Shown here: in pieces, positions 61,652 to 64,000 of the stretch | Layout of the letters: each line of letters starts with the position of its first letter | How positions within the stretch are numbered: the stretch's first letter is position 1 | Assembly: GCA_963729625.1 (NCBI GenBank) | Contig: CAVSOU010000007.1 | Location: forward strand, 617,705-681,704 | Direction of reading: 5' to 3' | Length of the DNA stretch: 64,000 nucleotides | From: an uncultured bacterium | Lineage (GTDB): Bacteria > Chloroflexota > UBA5177 > JANWHV01 | Position numbers and translations under genes: made by a program | Notes under the pieces: model-generated | The model's input: only the letters and a program-made list of their open reading frames with translations | The model's database searches: none | What the model was told of the DNA's origin: nothing

Positions 61652-61761
61652 GGGTCGGTGGCACCATATATGGCAACACTTTGAGCGGAAGCACGTTGTG
61701 CCCGCCCGCCGCCGCTACTTCCAGTGCCCGCTTGACGTGCTCCTGCCCGCGCACGGCGGCA
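61455..61761. repeat. Direct repeat copy 1 (~307 bp; comM fragment + promoter + antitoxin)
   Basis: Near-identical to 63147..63454. Confidence 0.93.
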
Positions 61762-61880
61762 AAGTCAGAGGCGACGGCAGGCTCGACGTCAAGGTCGAGC
61801 GCCAGCGGCTGGGCCGCCGCGATCGGCCGGTCGCCCCACAGGTGCCCCACCAGCGCCGCCGGGCTCTCTTCCGGGATGGT
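61690..61880 (-). pseudogene. comM: Internal fragment of YifB/ComM Mg-chelatase-like ATPase
   Basis: LVGHL...DFAAVRGQEHVKRALEVAAAGGHNVL, ending just before Walker A. Confidence 0.85.
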
Positions 61881-61992
61881 GGTCACGCCCTATCCACAGG
61901 AGCAGCCTCAACACAGCCGCGTACCTGTGTAGCCTGAAAGGGAAAGTATGATGGCCAGGCACCCGAATCCTGGATGGACGAAAGCGGCTACA

Positions 61993-62232
61993 ATGCCAAG
62001 GAAAGTGCGGGAACTGAAAGCGGACCTGAAACAGGCCGGGTACTGCCAGGTTCAGCGACGCGGGAAGGGCAGCCATACGGTGTGGAAGCATCCATTGGTA
62101 GCTGGCTCACTGCCGCTCAGCGGTGCCGATGGCGATGATGCAAAGCCGTACCAGGAAGAGGACGTGCGAGCATGGCTTGGGAAGGCTCGGATCGCCGAGC
62201 AAGAAGCACGGGGGAGCAATGAGCGCGCATGA
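61993..62232 (+). CDS. hicA: HicA toxin
   Basis: MPRKVRELKADL..AG....GKGSHTVWKHP...DAKPYQE. Confidence 0.92.
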   Translation: MPRKVRELKADLKQAGYCQVQRRGKGSHTVWKHPLVAGSLPLSGADGDDAKPYQEEDVRAWLGKARIAEQEARGSNERA

Positions 62233-62455
62233 CGACCGCGTAGATTTGTACGCTATAGTCATTGAGTGGAGCGACCGCGACGGTGCGTTCATGGCCACGA
62301 TTCCCGACCTTGGTATCCGCACGCACGGCGCCACTTGCGAGCAAGCTGCCTCACAGGGACGCGATGCTATCGATGCCTGGATCGACGCTGCAGAGCAGTG
62401 TGGTGATCCTATTCCCCCGCCACAATGGCGATTAGAGGTTGCTCGAGCCAGCTGA
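62219..62455 (+). CDS. hicB: HicB antitoxin (short form)
   Basis: YAIVIEWSDRDGAFMATIPDL...THGAT.EQA...GDPIPPP. Confidence 0.9.
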   Translation: MSAHDDRVDLYAIVIEWSDRDGAFMATIPDLGIRTHGATCEQAASQGRDAIDAWIDAAEQCGDPIPPPQWRLEVARAS

Positions 62456-62702
62456 CGCGTCTGCCGCGCGACGGTCAGACGCGCCTCGGCATGCGCCGAA
62501 AACTCGATCCACCTCTACAGAGCGCTCAATGCCTGCACCTGCTTGCGGGCCCTCCACCAGCGCTGCTTTCCACGCGTCCACAGCCGGCACGCACGCGGTA
62601 GTGATACCGCGCGCGCGCCGGCGCCACCTTGGGCGGGATGCGGTTGGTGTGGGGCAGAGCACCGTCCAGATGCGCAGCCGTGTCGGCGCGGGGGCTGCCG
62701 GG

Positions 62703-63119
62703 TTACTCGGCCGGCAGCAGTGTGAACGGCTTTCCGGCAAGAGTGCGAATCACACGAAAATGACGACGATCCAGCGTCAGCATGCGATTGGTGCCGAAAT
62801 GTGCCGCCAGAACGACGAGGGACGCGTCAGCCAGGCCGATGTTCTGATCTTGATACCGGTCGACGAGCTCGTGTGCGCGTCGGACAGCCGCGGCGTCACA
62901 GCCGGGCAGCTCCCAAGCACCGCTCGCGAGCTCTGCCAGAACGGCTAGCTCTGCCTGCACGCCTCGCCGAGTAGCCAGGAGGTAGTCGAGCTCGGCCAGC
63001 ACGTACGGAGAGACGATGAATGGCCCGATATCGGCTTCGACGACCGCTTGCACCGCCGCGTGGTGGGCGTCGCTGGCATCGAAGAAGGCGATGAGTCCGC
63101 TCGTGTCGCAGATGAGCAC
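62703..63119 (-). CDS. vapC: VapC/PIN domain toxin
   Basis: LICDTSG, VLAELDYL, GLADAS, TLDRRHF. Confidence 0.93.
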   Translation of the reverse strand: MLICDTSGLIAFFDASDAHHAAVQAVVEADIGPFIVSPYVLAELDYLLATRRGVQAELAVLAELASGAWELPGCDAAAVRRAHELVDRYQDQNIGLADASLVVLAAHFGTNRMLTLDRRHFRVIRTLAGKPFTLLPAE

Positions 63120-63121
63120 GT

Positions 63122-63343
63122 TCAGCGGTCCCCAAATCCGGTCAGCGCTTGCTCTGCCCGCTCAGCAAGGGTCGCATCGCCGCTCGCGAAGAGCGCGCCG
63201 GTCGGCAGAGGGCGCGGGGACGCGCTAACCAATGCCCTAATCGCTTCACGCATCACGTCGGCTTCTGAGCGGCCAGACGCAGCCGCGAGGCGGGCGAGGT
63301 CCCGCTTGAGGTCGTCGGGCAGGTAGACAGTGGTCTTGGTCAT
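63122..63343 (-). CDS. vapB: CopG/RHH antitoxin (VapB)
   Basis: MTKTTVYLPDDLK...SEADVMREAI...LTGFGDR directly upstream of vapC. Confidence 0.9.
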   Translation of the reverse strand: MTKTTVYLPDDLKRDLARLAAASGRSEADVMREAIRALVSASPRPLPTGALFASGDATLAERAEQALTGFGDR

Positions 63344-63454
63344 GGGTCGATGGTACCATATATGGCAACACTTTGAGCGGAAGCACGTTGTGCCCGCCCG
63401 CCGCCGCTACTTCCAGTGCCCGCTTGATGTGCTCCTGCCCCCCGCACGGCGGCA
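63147..63454. repeat. Direct repeat copy 2
   Basis: Near-identical to 61455..61761. Confidence 0.93.
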
Positions 63455-63517
63455 GGGTTGTTTTGTGTGGACGTGTCGTTTCCCATTCGATAGTCGGCGG
63501 CGAACGGGGGCTCGACT

Positions 63518-63889
63518 ATGACGGCAATGATCGGCAGACTGCGCGCTGCCATGCTGGCGCTGGCACTTGTGACGTGTGCGGGGACGACAGGGTCGACCGC
63601 GGCACACGCCGCGCCGTCGTTGCCCGCTCCGCTGCGGGCGACCCTGTTTGCCCTGGTCGCCAGCGAGTCGTATGCCTGGTCCGCGACGGATGCACTCAAC
63701 GGCACCGGATGGAGAAACGCCCAGTACGATGTGGAGTGGAAGGCCACTATCCGATCCAGCAGATTACCGCCCGCCTGCGCGACCACGCGCAAGACGCCGC
63801 CCCTACCCTCGCCCTGGTCGTCACCCCCCTCCCACCTCAACTCACGCATAAGCCCTGATTCAACAGTTAAACAGTTCTCTACTAGTTAA
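63518..63889 (+). CDS. Exported hypothetical protein, possibly truncated or frameshifted
   Basis: Signal peptide ending AHA; C-terminus runs into low-complexity and AT-rich sequence. Confidence 0.45.
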   Translation: MTAMIGRLRAAMLALALVTCAGTTGSTAAHAAPSLPAPLRATLFALVASESYAWSATDALNGTGWRNAQYDVEWKATIRSSRLPPACATTRKTPPLPSPWSSPPSHLNSRISPDSTVKQFSTS

Positions 63890-64000
63890 TTGCGTCGATC
63901 TATGCTATCGTTTTGTTATGGCCAAGTCTGATTCCTTTTGTTGGCCCTTCGCGTTCCGGTTTTGGCTGCGACTGCGCCCATAGCTACCTCCGACTCTCAC

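Noticed and set aside
58340-64000. Integron-like cassette array
   Set aside because: No IntI gene, no recurring attC-like hairpins, mixed gene orientations

Overview
GC-rich bacterial chromosomal window, probably Chloroflexota-like (inference from gene content: Uma2, Ser/Thr kinase-SBP fusion, Pro/Thr-rich exported proteins, leaderless promoters). It opens with an hcp gene (cut by the window edge) and its divergent Crp/Fnr regulator with a perfect TGTGA-N6-TCACA box, then a tRNA-Ala(CGC)/tRNA-Trp pair, exported proteins, signalling genes and an Opp-type transporter. A scar zone at about 28.7-31.9 kb holds a cobQ remnant, an orphan MerB-like gene, a decayed cas1-like start, a two-spacer CRISPR mini-array cut off by a mazEF-type toxin-antitoxin (TA) module, a transposase fragment and a truncated membrane regulator. 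A large catabolic region (33-58 kb) encodes URO-D-family proteins, a CehA/McbA-like metallohydrolase, DUF885 proteins, oxidoreductases, a second ABC system and polyol/sugar enzymes; several of these genes are frameshifted, possibly through sequencing error. The right end is a TA cluster (vapBC, hicAB) bracketed by a ~307-bp duplication in which a comM/yifB fragment is fused to the antitoxin promoter. All calls come from motif recognition by eye; no searches were run.
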